Made by a program: the position numbers and the translations under genes | In this document: in pieces, positions 1 to 9,604 of the stretch | Layout: every line of letters starts with the position of its first letter | Position numbering within the stretch: the stretch's first letter is position 1 | Notes under the pieces: generated by a model | Databases searched by the model: none | Told to the model about the DNA's origin: nothing | Seen by the model: the letters and a program-made list of their open reading frames with translations, nothing else | Origin: a virus | Lineage: Duplodnaviria > Heunggongvirae > Uroviricota > Caudoviricetes | Reading direction: 5' to 3' (one strand) | DNA length: 47,318 nucleotides | IMG/VR virus record: IMGVR_UViG_2675903417_000001 | Coordinates: 1 to 47,318 of that record

Positions 1-281
1 CTTTACCTGCCACGGATCGGACAGGTTGAGAATATGAGCGTAGAGGGACTTTTCGTCCATGGCGGTGACCTCTGGCGATTAAATACACCATTATCATGCC
101 TTCAGCCACCACAACAAGGGAAGACCCTTTTATATACAGTAGTTTTAAAGTAGATTCAGATCAAGATGGCTAGGCCTATCAATGGAGCGACCATGAGATT
201 TAGCAGTTTGCGAACGCCGCTCCTCCCTCAAGCGAAACCACCGTGATATATTTACGCCACACACACTATAAGGATCTTAAG

Positions 282-1463
282 ATGAAAGTTGCTGTTTTGA
301 TGATGCAAAAGGATGAGTACCGGCTTCTTGAGCCATGGATACTGCATCATGCTGAGCTTTTTGGCCTTGAAAATTTATACGTCTACGATAACGGGTCGGC
401 AGATGAGCGATGCCTTAACGTTCTGAAGGAATATTCGGGAAAAGGGATGAATGTCGTTTATGACAGAAGCACCTTTGATGATTTCAATACCAGACATATC
501 TACTTCGTAGACAAATACGAAGAATTAAAGAATTCTCATGGCTATGATTTTATGATGCCACTTGATTGTGATGAGTTTGTTGGCGTTGAGTTTTCAAAAG
601 GCAAGGTGTCACTATCAAAAAATGATGTGTCGAATGAATTATCAAAATATATAGAAACCGATGCTACATTTAAAATTAAATATACATATGGCAACCACCC
701 GCTTAACCCAAAAGAATTTGTGCTAAGACCTAAACCTGAGAAAGTGTTCTTTCCTAAATCAAGAATAACTGCTCTGGGGAATGGTTTCCATCGCGGTGAA
801 GTTGAGTCAGGACAACAGGTTGATACTGATATCATTTACCTTCACTTCCATCATAAAAACTATGATGACTATATCGCCAGCGCCCGTAATAAACTGGAAG
901 GTCTTGTTGACGTTAATGATATTGAGGCTCTGAAGGCATTCAAAGGGGCGGGTCACCATTTAGTTAAAAAGTTCCTGATGACTCAGACCGAGTATTACGA
1001 TATGCATGCGGCTTCAAAGTCTATCAACCCGTCTAAGTTCTTTGTTATGGATGGCGTTTATGAATACCTGAAGGGTATAGGGCTGGATCTGGAGCAAACA
1101 TTAACTGTTGAACATGATGAAAGTCTAATAACATGGCATGGTTATGTAGACAAGGTGAGAGAAGATGATGGGTCATGCGTCTTCACGGGGTGGTGCTCTC
1201 CAAGCCTGAACGTTAATCAAGAGTTTTTTTTCCTGCGAGTAGGTCATGAAATACTCCCAGGATTCCTGGAGGGGAAAATACAGCGCTCAGATGTCGTAGC
1301 TAAATTCCCTGATTACAATCTCCAGTGTGGTTTCTCTGTAAGATTCTACGGGGTAACAAAGGGCTCTTTGCAGCGCAATGAGTGGGAGTTTCACGTTTCT
1401 GCTGGTCACAAAGGTACTGGCTCAAAGCTAAACAGAAAGAAAAACGAATCATACTTCCAGTAA
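282..1463 (+). CDS. putative glycosyltransferase (GT-A fold, GT2-like)
   Basis: ORF 243-1463 (GTG at 243); likely ATG at 282 with AAGGA 7 nt upstream. N-terminal 'VAVLMMQKDEYRLLEPWILHHAELFGLENLYVYDNGSAD' and DxD-like 'DCDEF' resemble GT2-like glycosyltransferases; visibly AT-rich; convergent with tailspike. Confidence 0.5.
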   Translation: MKVAVLMMQKDEYRLLEPWILHHAELFGLENLYVYDNGSADERCLNVLKEYSGKGMNVVYDRSTFDDFNTRHIYFVDKYEELKNSHGYDFMMPLDCDEFVGVEFSKGKVSLSKNDVSNELSKYIETDATFKIKYTYGNHPLNPKEFVLRPKPEKVFFPKSRITALGNGFHRGEVESGQQVDTDIIYLHFHHKNYDDYIASARNKLEGLVDVNDIEALKAFKGAGHHLVKKFLMTQTEYYDMHAASKSINPSKFFVMDGVYEYLKGIGLDLEQTLTVEHDESLITWHGYVDKVREDDGSCVFTGWCSPSLNVNQEFFFLRVGHEILPGFLEGKIQRSDVVAKFPDYNLQCGFSVRFYGVTKGSLQRNEWEFHVSAGHKGTGSKLNRKKNESYFQ

Positions 1464-1466
1464 AAG

Positions 1467-1493
1467 AAGGCGGGAAATCCCGCCTTTTACTTT
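1467..1493 (+). terminator. intrinsic terminator between convergent genes (possibly bidirectional)
   Basis: Hairpin AAGGCGGG-AAAT-CCCGCCTT followed by T-rich tract, 4 nt after the stop at 1463. Confidence 0.5.
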
Positions 1494-1607
1494 CTCAACC
1501 TTATAGCATCGAATGCTTCCCGTTAGCAGTCAATTGTCGCATAGGGCAGTTCTAATTTCGCATAATTATAACACTGCTCGAAGATATTAGGGCCATTCAG
1601 ATCGTAA

Positions 1608-1892
1608 TCACACTCCGTTGCCAACAACCTCCGCATTTGGTTCAACTGCATCGAACGCAATACACGCGGCGGCATATAGTGCGTCTATTGCAGACAATGG
1701 AAACATCGATAATGCGCAGGAATCACGAAACTCGTTCAGATCAGGCTTATTCCCATAGACTTTAACGGCAGTATTTGGTTTAAGATAAAAACCAGCGCTC
1801 CACCCGTTACCGCGCACTTCAACAATGGCAATGCTGTTAATTCCTTTAACCAATACACCGTCAAATTTGAAAGCACCGCTTGCTGTTTTCAT
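1608..1892 (-). CDS. hypothetical protein (accessory gene downstream of tailspike)
   Basis: ORF 1608-1931; probable start at internal ATG 1892 with GGAGA upstream; no recognisable motif. Confidence 0.35.
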   Translation of the reverse strand: MKTASGAFKFDGVLVKGINSIAIVEVRGNGWSAGFYLKPNTAVKVYGNKPDLNEFRDSCALSMFPLSAIDALYAAACIAFDAVEPNAEVVGNGV

Positions 1893-1893
1893 T

Positions 1894-2079
1894 TTAATCA
1901 TTCTCCGTAACAGTTTTATTGTGAGCAGCATTTAGTGCTCGCTGGAGTGGCTGGTCATTTTCGCGATCTAATTCTGCCTGCAATGCGTTCATAGCCACTG
2001 TAAAGGCAGGAACTTCCTGCCCGGTTAAATTAACTCTCAGCATGAACTGCATGATATTTTGAATAGTTTGCTTATCCAT
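1894..2079 (-). CDS. hypothetical protein (61 aa)
   Basis: ORF starting 12 nt after tailspike stop with AGGA upstream; no recognisable domain. Confidence 0.35.
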   Translation of the reverse strand: MDKQTIQNIMQFMLRVNLTGQEVPAFTVAMNALQAELDRENDQPLQRALNAAHNKTVTEND

Positions 2080-2091
2080 TTTATTGTCCTG

Positions 2092-3546
2092 TTAAGTTAA
2101 ACCAATTAATCCATGCCCGGTCGAAGCATGTAAGTCCTGAATTAATGCTGCAACTACCTTTGCTAAATCTTCGTGAGTTATTGTTCCAGAGTTAAATGCT
2201 GCTCGGGATACGGTGCCGGTTGGCGAACCCCATCCCGTTCTCCTCTCTGAAATAACTTGATTGCCATTAAGTCGTATTCTTAAGTTGGTGAAATTAGCCC
2301 AGTTCTCAGTCCTGTTGAAACTCAAATATGTTGTATTTGCCGGGCCCGTTCCTACCGTAATTCGTTGATTGTCGCCCAACAAAATAGCGCAATTGTTACT
2401 GAACCCGGATTCAGTTAACGAAAGTCCGACGCGGAAGTTGCCGCTTCTGAAACGAATTCCGTTCGCTGCGTTTGATAAAATGGAACCCTCAAGGCGCATA
2501 TACTCGCCATTGCCCACAACAGTGGTGACTTCCGTCGGTGCGACGATAGAGTCACCCCTGAACAACATGCCGGTCCAGATGAAACCGTTTGGCGCATTTA
2601 AGCCCCTGCCAATGTTGATCATGTGGGTTATGCGATTGCTACCGTCAGTGGTAGTGCATACCAGCCCCCTGGTGTTCCCTACATTCTCAGCGCCAACCAT
2701 CCACCCAGCGTCCACACTGCATCCATTATTCATGTTGAATTCATGGATAATTGCGGATTTTGCGCCAGTGTTTAATCCTCCTGACCCAGCAGGGCCAGAT
2801 ACAGCGCCGTAAGACCATCCCCCCCACACTTCTGCATCCGCATGTCTGGCTTCTCCCCGAAAATGCCCTCCTACTAACTGGCCTGTGCCGCCATTATGAC
2901 GAACGGCAGATGTCACTGCGGCGCCGTATGCTGATCCTCCTTGTTTCTCGAGATATCCGTAAAAGCAACCCTGTTCCCAGCGAGCTACGCCATCATCACG
3001 CGTGGCGTTGGATTTCTTTTCCACCCATAACACTGGATCCGGAGTATCAGTTAGCGGAATGGAAAATCTTTGGCGCATGGCGTTCGTATATTGAATTGAG
3101 CCGGTATTGTAAATATTCACGCCGCCTGCATCGGCTCCAGACCAGCCAGTGCCCCCATATAAATTGTTCAGTCCATCTCCAGCGGGGCCAGCCAGGATCA
3201 ATCGCAACTGGTCAGGGTCATATTTGAGTACATTCGGGAAATAATGTTGCCGAGCTCCGAAGGAGTCCAAGACCTCCATTGAATGTCCTTGCACGGTTAC
3301 AAATTTTGAAACCTTCCCGTTATATACCGGGTAACCAGCAGCGTTAATGATGATTGGTTGCGAAACAGGAACGTGAGAACCGTCTTCATTCTCTACATAA
3401 ACCTGAATCTGGTTTTCAGGATTTACCGGGTCAGTGTCAATTTTACCGATATAAATTTTGCCATTGGCTACGGCTTTAAAAGAACGAGCCATAGTGAAGA
3501 GTTGCGAAGGCATGCTTACCACAACATTTGCGGTGGTATCTGACAT
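2092..3546 (-). CDS. tailspike protein with P22 gp9-type head-binding domain and divergent receptor-binding domain
   Basis: ORF 2092-3678; real start most likely Met45 (ATG 3546, GGAG 7 nt upstream). N-terminal ~115 aa ('TANVVVS...[39 protein letters not shown]...VLKYDPDQ') match the P22 tailspike head-binding domain as I recall it; the rest is divergent. Confidence 0.85.
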   Translation of the reverse strand: MSDTTANVVVSMPSQLFTMARSFKAVANGKIYIGKIDTDPVNPENQIQVYVENEDGSHVPVSQPIIINAAGYPVYNGKVSKFVTVQGHSMEVLDSFGARQHYFPNVLKYDPDQLRLILAGPAGDGLNNLYGGTGWSGADAGGVNIYNTGSIQYTNAMRQRFSIPLTDTPDPVLWVEKKSNATRDDGVARWEQGCFYGYLEKQGGSAYGAAVTSAVRHNGGTGQLVGGHFRGEARHADAEVWGGWSYGAVSGPAGSGGLNTGAKSAIIHEFNMNNGCSVDAGWMVGAENVGNTRGLVCTTTDGSNRITHMINIGRGLNAPNGFIWTGMLFRGDSIVAPTEVTTVVGNGEYMRLEGSILSNAANGIRFRSGNFRVGLSLTESGFSNNCAILLGDNQRITVGTGPANTTYLSFNRTENWANFTNLRIRLNGNQVISERRTGWGSPTGTVSRAAFNSGTITHEDLAKVVAALIQDLHASTGHGLIGLT

Positions 3547-3667
3547 TTCATTGCTCCAGACGAATGATATGATGCAACCATGATGTGATTGCATACCGAA
3601 ATGGTACTGTTGAGTATTTATCCAGTAGGTTACGATGCCATTCCACCCAACTGGTGAGGCATCAAGG
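3547..3667. promoter_or_regulatory. divergent promoter/operator region between tailspike and mnt (immI-like)
   Basis: 121-bp intergenic region between divergent starts; palindrome CACC-CAACT-GGTG at 3644-3656 is a candidate Mnt operator. Confidence 0.4.
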
Positions 3668-3928
3668 ATGTACAGCAAATACGACGAGGCGCAGTTTCAC
3701 TTGAGACTTCCGCATGAACTCCACGCGAAAATTAAGCAGCGTGCGAAGATGAATAACAGGTCGCTGAACTCAGAGATAATTGCAGCGATTGAAGAATCAT
3801 TGGCTAAACAAAGCTCTGCATCTGTTTACATTGACGATGCAGAGCGTATGGCAGAACAACAATCTGATATGGTTAAGAAAATTGTCTTTGATACGCTCAA
3901 AGAGCTATATAAAAAAGACAGCAGCTAA
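3668..3928 (+). CDS. mnt: Mnt repressor (ribbon-helix-helix)
   Basis: From Met12 of ORF 3635-3928 the protein aligns by eye with P22 Mnt; C-terminal '[28 protein letters not shown]' is near-identical to the Mnt C-terminus as recalled. Confidence 0.85.
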   Translation: MYSKYDEAQFHLRLPHELHAKIKQRAKMNNRSLNSEIIAAIEESLAKQSSASVYIDDAERMAEQQSDMVKKIVFDTLKELYKKDSS

Positions 3929-3948
3929 CTATCAGTTACGGAGGATTT

Positions 3949-4026
3949 ATGCAAAGAGATATGCTGAATATTGCGTTCTACATATTTGGTTTTTGCGCGT
4001 TCCTGGTGTTTGCGAAGCTATTCTGA
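3949..4026 (+). CDS. possible small hydrophobic peptide (25 aa)
   Basis: GGAGG 4 nt before ATG 3949; encodes MQRDMLNIAFYIFGFCAFLVFAKLF; below ORF-track size cutoff; overlaps 3' end of the convergent ejection gene. Confidence 0.25.
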   Translation: MQRDMLNIAFYIFGFCAFLVFAKLF

Positions 4027-6411
4027 CAACGCATCAGACTTGGCACCTTGAGTCAGGGCGTTAATTGCCTTTTGTGCCTGCTGCATTGCTTTCTCAAAGG
4101 CTGTTGATCCGCGTGGGGTGTTTGCCATTCGGAGCATTGCATTTCTGAATGGTTCGCTCTCATAGGCGCGAGTAAGAAGTCCGTAGCTTACCGCTGCGCC
4201 AGTTGTCGCCGGGTTCATTGCCGTCCCATACCCGATAATGAACGGGATGGTTTGCTGCCCTGTTGGTGTTGTTACTGCCGCTTTTGCAGCCTGCTGCGTG
4301 GATTGCAGGTAGTTTTTCAATCCTTTCAGATAAGCAGCGTCCTGCCCCTTAAATGTGATGCCAGTCTGGTTTTGCAGGATGTTAAGCTGTCGAAGGAACT
4401 GGTCAGGGGATCCGCCAGATTTCTCCATCGCCTTTCCAATGATGCCATTGCGCATTTGCGCCCTGCCAACACGACCAACTGAGTTATACAGCGTCTTAAT
4501 TTCAGATTTGTTCTTGCTGAATAGCATGTTGTTGACAACTTCCGGCGTCAGGTCGCCTTTCATGAGAACATTCTTCAGCCTGGTATTCTTTAGTTTCGCC
4601 GCTTCGTCAGCGTAGACGGCATTGGCCTGCTGATATTTACGGAGAGTATCGTTGCCAAGATTCTGACCAATGGCACCATTGATATCGTCTGTCATCGCCT
4701 TGTAAACGCGCTGAATGGCAGCATCGGAACGGTTTGGTAACACTGGTCGCTCACCCTTCACGTCCATTCTGAACTGGCTGCGCAGATCGCTTAATTGCTT
4801 CAAATCAAGATTTACCGGACCATCAGGACCAGCATTGCGAACAAGCTCATCACGATATGACTGAAGTTTTGAAATTGTCTCGTTATCAGCTACCTTACCA
4901 AGCTTCTGCAGATTAGATATTTCAGTATCAATCTGCTGAATTGCTCGCGCAGGATGAATGTTTACTCCAGCCATAGCATTCTGAACCTGCTCCAGTCGAT
5001 TACCTGCGGCACGACGAATTCCTGATGTTTTCGCTTTAAGGCTGTCAATAACAACAGATGGATCATACTCACCGAATTTATCAGCAAATCTCTGCACCAA
5101 CTGGCTTCTCGCTTCCTGTTGCGTTGCTCTCATTCCGCTTGTGCCAGCCAGAGGGATATTTTCCGCTGTCGTCTGCGCCATTTTCCCGACGCGGGAAGTA
5201 GGCTGTAACAGGTCTGTGGTGTGCAGAGGAACTCCTTCACGCTCTGCAAATCTGATAGCCTGCTGCGCTTCTGGCGCAATAGCACCACGAACGCCACGAT
5301 AAGCAGCACCTAATCCACGTCCGGCAGCGTTAATAGCACCGCCAGCCAGCACACCAACGCCTAAATCGGTAGCGAGTGCTTCCGCATCATCTTTCATACT
5401 GTTTGCAGCAAGTGATCCAACTGCGTTTTCTGCGAGAAGTCGTGTTGCCCCCTGAGCAATTCGACCAGCAAGTGTTGGTGCCTGTGCCGCCGCCCTCTCA
5501 ACGCCAGCAGGAGTGAGGTAAGGCAATGCCTCAGCAAATACCCTTCCCTCTGTAGTTTGTGGAGTCAGCGCGCCTTGCTGAAGGCCAAAGTCCCGCTCTA
5601 ATCCCTGCGTTGTTACTCGTGGTGCTGGTTGATATGTACCATCGCCAATGCCGAGTTTACCGCCAGCCCAAGCCGCCGCGCTTGTTACAGCATCAGTGAG
5701 TTCAGCAGGTATGTTCGCTACGTTGATTCCTGCCTGTAGTAAGCCGCGCCCGGTTTCAGCAAGTCCATTACCAAGGTCAGACATTATTCCGCCTTGCTGC
5801 TGAACAGGTTTCGGTGCGACAGAATTTACGGGTTGAGGTGGCTGCTGACTGGCTGCCTGCTGCTCAATCTGAGCAAATGGATTATTTGGGTCTGACTGCA
5901 CGCCTGATGCCGATACTTGTTCGGATGACTGTGCTTCCAGTTGTGCAAACGGGTTGTTAGGGTCTTGCTGAGGATGTACCTTTGCAGAGGTGGCGCGCTG
6001 TTCGACTGTTGAGTCTGTCACCGGGTCACCCGCCCATTGAGCAAAGCGATCATCAACGTAACCGCGGCCTTCAGGTCCTGGCGTATATTCACCACGCTTT
6101 GCCTTCATAACGTTGCCGGGACCGTCGTGATAAGCCTGAAGAGCGTCACGCCAGTTACCAAACTGCTGGTACATCTTTGCCAGATAGCGCGCGCCAGCGT
6201 CAGCCTGATATTCGGGGTTTTGCATTTGCTCATCGGTATAACCCATATCACGCCATGTCCCAGGCATGACCTGAGTCAATCCTACAGCCCCGGCGGAGCT
6301 TACTGCGGCAGGGTTGTAAGAAGACTCCTTGGCACCCAGTGCAGTCATCAACCCTTCTGGCACACCGTAACGTGCGCCAGCCTGCTCTAACAAATCACGG
6401 TAATTAGCCAT
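4018..6411 (-). CDS. ejection/DNA-transfer protein with N-terminal lytic transglycosylase (SLT) domain (P22 gene 16 position)
   Basis: 797-aa ORF; N-terminus 'GLMTALGAKESSYNPAAVSSAGAVGLTQVMPGTW' is an SLT-domain signature; last of three ejection genes in P22 order. Confidence 0.75.
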   Translation of the reverse strand: MANYRDLLEQAGARYGVPEGLMTALGAKESSYNPAAVSSAGAVGLTQVMPGTWRDMGYTDEQMQNPEYQADAGARYLAKMYQQFGNWRDALQAYHDGPGNVMKAKRGEYTPGPEGRGYVDDRFAQWAGDPVTDSTVEQRATSAKVHPQQDPNNPFAQLEAQSSEQVSASGVQSDPNNPFAQIEQQAASQQPPQPVNSVAPKPVQQQGGIMSDLGNGLAETGRGLLQAGINVANIPAELTDAVTSAAAWAGGKLGIGDGTYQPAPRVTTQGLERDFGLQQGALTPQTTEGRVFAEALPYLTPAGVERAAAQAPTLAGRIAQGATRLLAENAVGSLAANSMKDDAEALATDLGVGVLAGGAINAAGRGLGAAYRGVRGAIAPEAQQAIRFAEREGVPLHTTDLLQPTSRVGKMAQTTAENIPLAGTSGMRATQQEARSQLVQRFADKFGEYDPSVVIDSLKAKTSGIRRAAGNRLEQVQNAMAGVNIHPARAIQQIDTEISNLQKLGKVADNETISKLQSYRDELVRNAGPDGPVNLDLKQLSDLRSQFRMDVKGERPVLPNRSDAAIQRVYKAMTDDINGAIGQNLGNDTLRKYQQANAVYADEAAKLKNTRLKNVLMKGDLTPEVVNNMLFSKNKSEIKTLYNSVGRVGRAQMRNGIIGKAMEKSGGSPDQFLRQLNILQNQTGITFKGQDAAYLKGLKNYLQSTQQAAKAAVTTPTGQQTIPFIIGYGTAMNPATTGAAVSYGLLTRAYESEPFRNAMLRMANTPRGSTAFEKAMQQAQKAINALTQGAKSDALSE

Positions 6412-7743
6412 TTACTGCCCCAAAGATGGAAGATATCCGTAGCGATTAATGAAGTCGATTGACAGCTCGGGGTGCTGCTTCAGGTAATCTATAGAAGCCT
6501 GAGGCGCTTCCACTCGCTTGATACCGTTTTGCTGAACGTACTTACCAACCGCCTCATTACGCTTCTGGTTGAGCGTGTTCAGGATGACGCCAGCGTTGCG
6601 ACGAAAGGACTCCTCGCTCTGCGAGTTCTGCAGCGAACCAACAGCCTGGTCGAGCTTTTTGCCCTCGGCATCAGAAAGTGCGCCCATGCCTCGCATGGCC
6701 TGAACCGCTGTCATGTATGCTTGGGATTTAAAGGTATCAAGTCGTGCCTGAGTGTCTGCAGCCTGTGAGCCTGGAACGTTGGGGATTACTCCACGTAAGC
6801 CTGTAATGCTCTTAAGTGAAGGAGAACTAACGATATCGTTCAGAGTGAACATGCTGGTTGTGAGGGTGTTGATGCCGTCTTTGTAGCCATCATTTAGCGC
6901 TTGCTGCTTCTGCTGCAACTGCTGGTTGTTGGCTGCTATGCGGCTCTGTATTTCCTGGCGCTTCAGGTCGTTAGTTTCTGCTGATAGCATCCGGTCAAGG
7001 CGCTTATTTTCGTTGTTAATGCGGTTTGTTTCTGCGTCCAGATTAATGCGCTGCTGACCTAAATTCGCCTGGATATCTTGCCCGCGCATTGTGATTGCCT
7101 GATTCCGAGCGGCGGTTTGCGAATCCAGATCCTGACCGCGCATGGTAACCTGGCGACCCTGCATTTTATCCTGTAGGTCAAAGTATTTTTCGGGTCCGAG
7201 ACTGTTCATCCCCAGGTGATCGACAAATTCGCCGAACTGCCGCGGGTTCTGTTGGTACATCTGAGCGACGTCCTGAGGATTAACGCCAACACGAGCTAAC
7301 TCACCGGCGTTGTTTTGCAGCCATGATTGCATTGCTTCTGGAGACGATGACGCAAGGCGTGCGCCAGCCGCTAAGGTGCCGATAGAATTACGCTGATCTT
7401 CATCAATGAATCCCATGCCTTTACGAACGGATTCAATCTGTTCTGGATATTGAGTAGCCAACTGACGCAAAGCACCGCGATCACCAGACGCATAAGCATT
7501 AGCGTATGCCTGCTGAAATTCTTTCTGCCGCTGAGCCTGCTTTTCCTGCTGAAACACCCCCGCAATACCTGAAAGGCCTTGCAAAGCAGTCAGCCCAACA
7601 TTGTTAGCGCCTGAACGCTCAATATCATTGTTCTGCCTGATAAGCTGAAGCGTATTGCCGATGTCATTTACGCTCGGAGCGTTTGAGTTGACGCCGCCGA
7701 TACCAGCCAACAATCCGCCGTTTGTTCCTTGCCAAGTAGCCAT
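6412..7743 (-). CDS. ejection protein (P22 gp20-like)
   Basis: 443-aa ORF, coupled to flanking ejection genes; synteny with P22 7-20-16. Confidence 0.7.
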   Translation of the reverse strand: MATWQGTNGGLLAGIGGVNSNAPSVNDIGNTLQLIRQNNDIERSGANNVGLTALQGLSGIAGVFQQEKQAQRQKEFQQAYANAYASGDRGALRQLATQYPEQIESVRKGMGFIDEDQRNSIGTLAAGARLASSSPEAMQSWLQNNAGELARVGVNPQDVAQMYQQNPRQFGEFVDHLGMNSLGPEKYFDLQDKMQGRQVTMRGQDLDSQTAARNQAITMRGQDIQANLGQQRINLDAETNRINNENKRLDRMLSAETNDLKRQEIQSRIAANNQQLQQKQQALNDGYKDGINTLTTSMFTLNDIVSSPSLKSITGLRGVIPNVPGSQAADTQARLDTFKSQAYMTAVQAMRGMGALSDAEGKKLDQAVGSLQNSQSEESFRRNAGVILNTLNQKRNEAVGKYVQQNGIKRVEAPQASIDYLKQHPELSIDFINRYGYLPSLGQ

Positions 7744-7752
7744 GATTACCCC

Positions 7753-8445
7753 TTAAAACAACGAGCCAAGCAATCCGATACCAGCACCAATGCCAGCGCC
7801 CCAAGGCGTTGATGTTCCCAAAAGGCTGGCAAGACCTGCACCGGCAATCGCACCAGACGTGCCACCGCTAATTGCAGTCTGAAGACTTGATGGTTTATTG
7901 GCATTAGCAGCGGCAAGTGCTGCGCTTTGCTGTGCAATGCTGCTCATGTTGTTGGCGTATGTCTGCCCAGCGTTTGCCTGACCTTGCAGCGCACCAAGCC
8001 CAACGTTTGCCAGATTGTTGTAATTGCTCATCTGATTTGATAACCAAGACTGACCGAGTGTCGGCGCGATCGTAGCCAGTTGATTGCTTGTGGCTGTCGA
8101 ACCAAGTCCACCCGTCGCCTCCGCAGCAGCAAGACTCTGGTAACGAGCCTGACCTGCAAGGTCTTTATACTGCTGAGAGTTGTAATACTGATTAAGTGCC
8201 TGCCCCTGACCTTCTAAACTGGAAAGGTTCTGAAGCTGGTTAACATACTGCTCCGCAAGCGGCGTGAACGGAGCAAGGTTTTTCATGATCGTCTGCCACT
8301 GCTGATTTTGCAGGTCTGCGGCATACTTCTGAGCTTCTGCTGCATACTTTGCGCTTTTATCAGAGCTGCCACCTTTCCCGCCTTTTTCAGGGCAATAAGG
8401 TTCCTCGCCGCGCAGTTTTCTGCCCAGCTTAAATGCATATAACAT
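7753..8445 (-). CDS. ejection protein (P22 gp7-like)
   Basis: 230-aa ORF; N-terminus 'MLYAFKLGRKLRGEEPYCPEKGGKGGSS' matches P22 gp7 as recalled; C-terminal Gly/Ala-rich segment. Confidence 0.75.
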   Translation of the reverse strand: MLYAFKLGRKLRGEEPYCPEKGGKGGSSDKSAKYAAEAQKYAADLQNQQWQTIMKNLAPFTPLAEQYVNQLQNLSSLEGQGQALNQYYNSQQYKDLAGQARYQSLAAAEATGGLGSTATSNQLATIAPTLGQSWLSNQMSNYNNLANVGLGALQGQANAGQTYANNMSSIAQQSAALAAANANKPSSLQTAISGGTSGAIAGAGLASLLGTSTPWGAGIGAGIGLLGSLF

Positions 8446-8447
8446 GG

Positions 8448-8903
8448 CTATCTCCCGTGATTCAGGAAGTCGATTAGTTCTTCGCGTGTGGCGCTGTAAA
8501 ACGTCACGTCATCCACGCCTTTGAAGTATTTCTTGATGGTTCCTACACGCTTAAGGCCAATCATTGCGCAGTACATCTGCCCGTGGCGGAATTTGCGTGC
8601 AGCGAACGATGTGACGCACTGAACGGTGGTGTTAGTCAGAATGTATCGCCAGAAAGCCAGCCCGATTTCCTTGCTGAATCCGCGAATCTCTGGCAGGTAC
8701 ATGGCGTGGCAATCGAATGTAAGCGGCTGAATCTCCTGATAGTAAACAATGCCGCCGAACTGCCCGTGCACGTTCACCTCAAAGTAACGGCAATCAGGTT
8801 TGTAGTCGTATCCATCGCCGTTGTTGCTACCGGCGATAATGTCAGGGTGATTTCCGACTGCTTCTATCAGGTCGATGTTTCGCGTTGGTTTGAATGTAAT
8901 CAT
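8448..8903 (-). CDS. P22 gp14-like protein
   Basis: 151-aa ORF between needle and gp7, overlapping needle stop (ATGA); assigned by synteny only. Confidence 0.55.
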   Translation of the reverse strand: MITFKPTRNIDLIEAVGNHPDIIAGSNNGDGYDYKPDCRYFEVNVHGQFGGIVYYQEIQPLTFDCHAMYLPEIRGFSKEIGLAFWRYILTNTTVQCVTSFAARKFRHGQMYCAMIGLKRVGTIKKYFKGVDDVTFYSATREELIDFLNHGR

Positions 8904-9604
8904 CAGTCAATCAGCCCATGTAATCTAAGTGCCGTTTCAAGCGCCAGAATACGCTGCCGCGACTGCTGCAAACCTGTAGCGAGAGCTGCGACTTCGGATT
9001 GTGTGTACGTAGTGCCGACCGTGTATGACTGGTTAGCGTTGAATGAGCCAAGAAGAGGTGTACCTGTGGCTGCAGTCCATCCGGTATTTCTTGCTCCAAT
9101 AACCTGAATTCCATCAACTGAATATGATGTTTTTACATCCAGCGGTGACGCAAGAGACTGCGATTCTGTTACGGTTTTCGATACGTAATCACTCTTAATG
9201 CCAGATACATCGCTTTCTACGCCATCCAGTCTTTGGTCAACAGTGACCAGATGCGCCTGAATATCGATAACCTCATCCAGCAAGTAATCAACATCGCTAC
9301 GTAGTACGACTATCTTCCCTTCGGCGGTTGTTAACCTGACCTCAAGGAGATTTATCGCTTTTGTGTTTGCGGTGATTCTTGCATCGTGATCTGCCAGCTC
9401 GACGTCCTGTTCATCGTTTTTCACCTGAGCATCGTAAGCGCCCTGACCAGCCTGATTTGCCTTCCCGGCAATTGCGCCAACATCAGCACCCTGATTTATG
9501 ACATACAGCAGGTAAGACTGGCTGAATATATTGCGTGGCAAAATTGAAGCATCAAGGCGCGTAGCCTGAACCGCGACAGGATTATTCAGTGATGAATCAA
9601 CCAT
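8903..9604 (-). CDS. tail needle protein (P22 gp26-like)
   Basis: 233-aa ORF; '[69 protein letters not shown]' and C-terminal '...LRLHGLID' match P22 gp26 as recalled. Confidence 0.85.
   Translation of the reverse strand: MVDSSLNNPVAVQATRLDASILPRNIFSQSYLLYVINQGADVGAIAGKANQAGQGAYDAQVKNDEQDVELADHDARITANTKAINLLEVRLTTAEGKIVVLRSDVDYLLDEVIDIQAHLVTVDQRLDGVESDVSGIKSDYVSKTVTESQSLASPLDVKTSYSVDGIQVIGARNTGWTAATGTPLLGSFNANQSYTVGTTYTQSEVAALATGLQQSRQRILALETALRLHGLID

Noticed and set aside
2369-3543. Plus-strand ORFs 2369-2812, 2751-3227 and 3358-3543 inside the tailspike gene
   Set aside because: Antisense to a well-supported tailspike CDS, no RBS, atypical composition; regarded as frame artefacts
3780-4064. 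94-aa plus-strand ORF overlapping the mnt 3' end
   Set aside because: Out-of-frame overlap with the recognisable Mnt coding sequence and with the convergent ejection gene; no RBS
4252-8400. Short ORFs on either strand within the ejection-protein genes (e.g. 4252-4615, 6037-6390, 6472-6768, 7371-7565, 7746-7937)
   Set aside because: Embedded in or antisense to long syntenic P22-type ejection genes; no independent support
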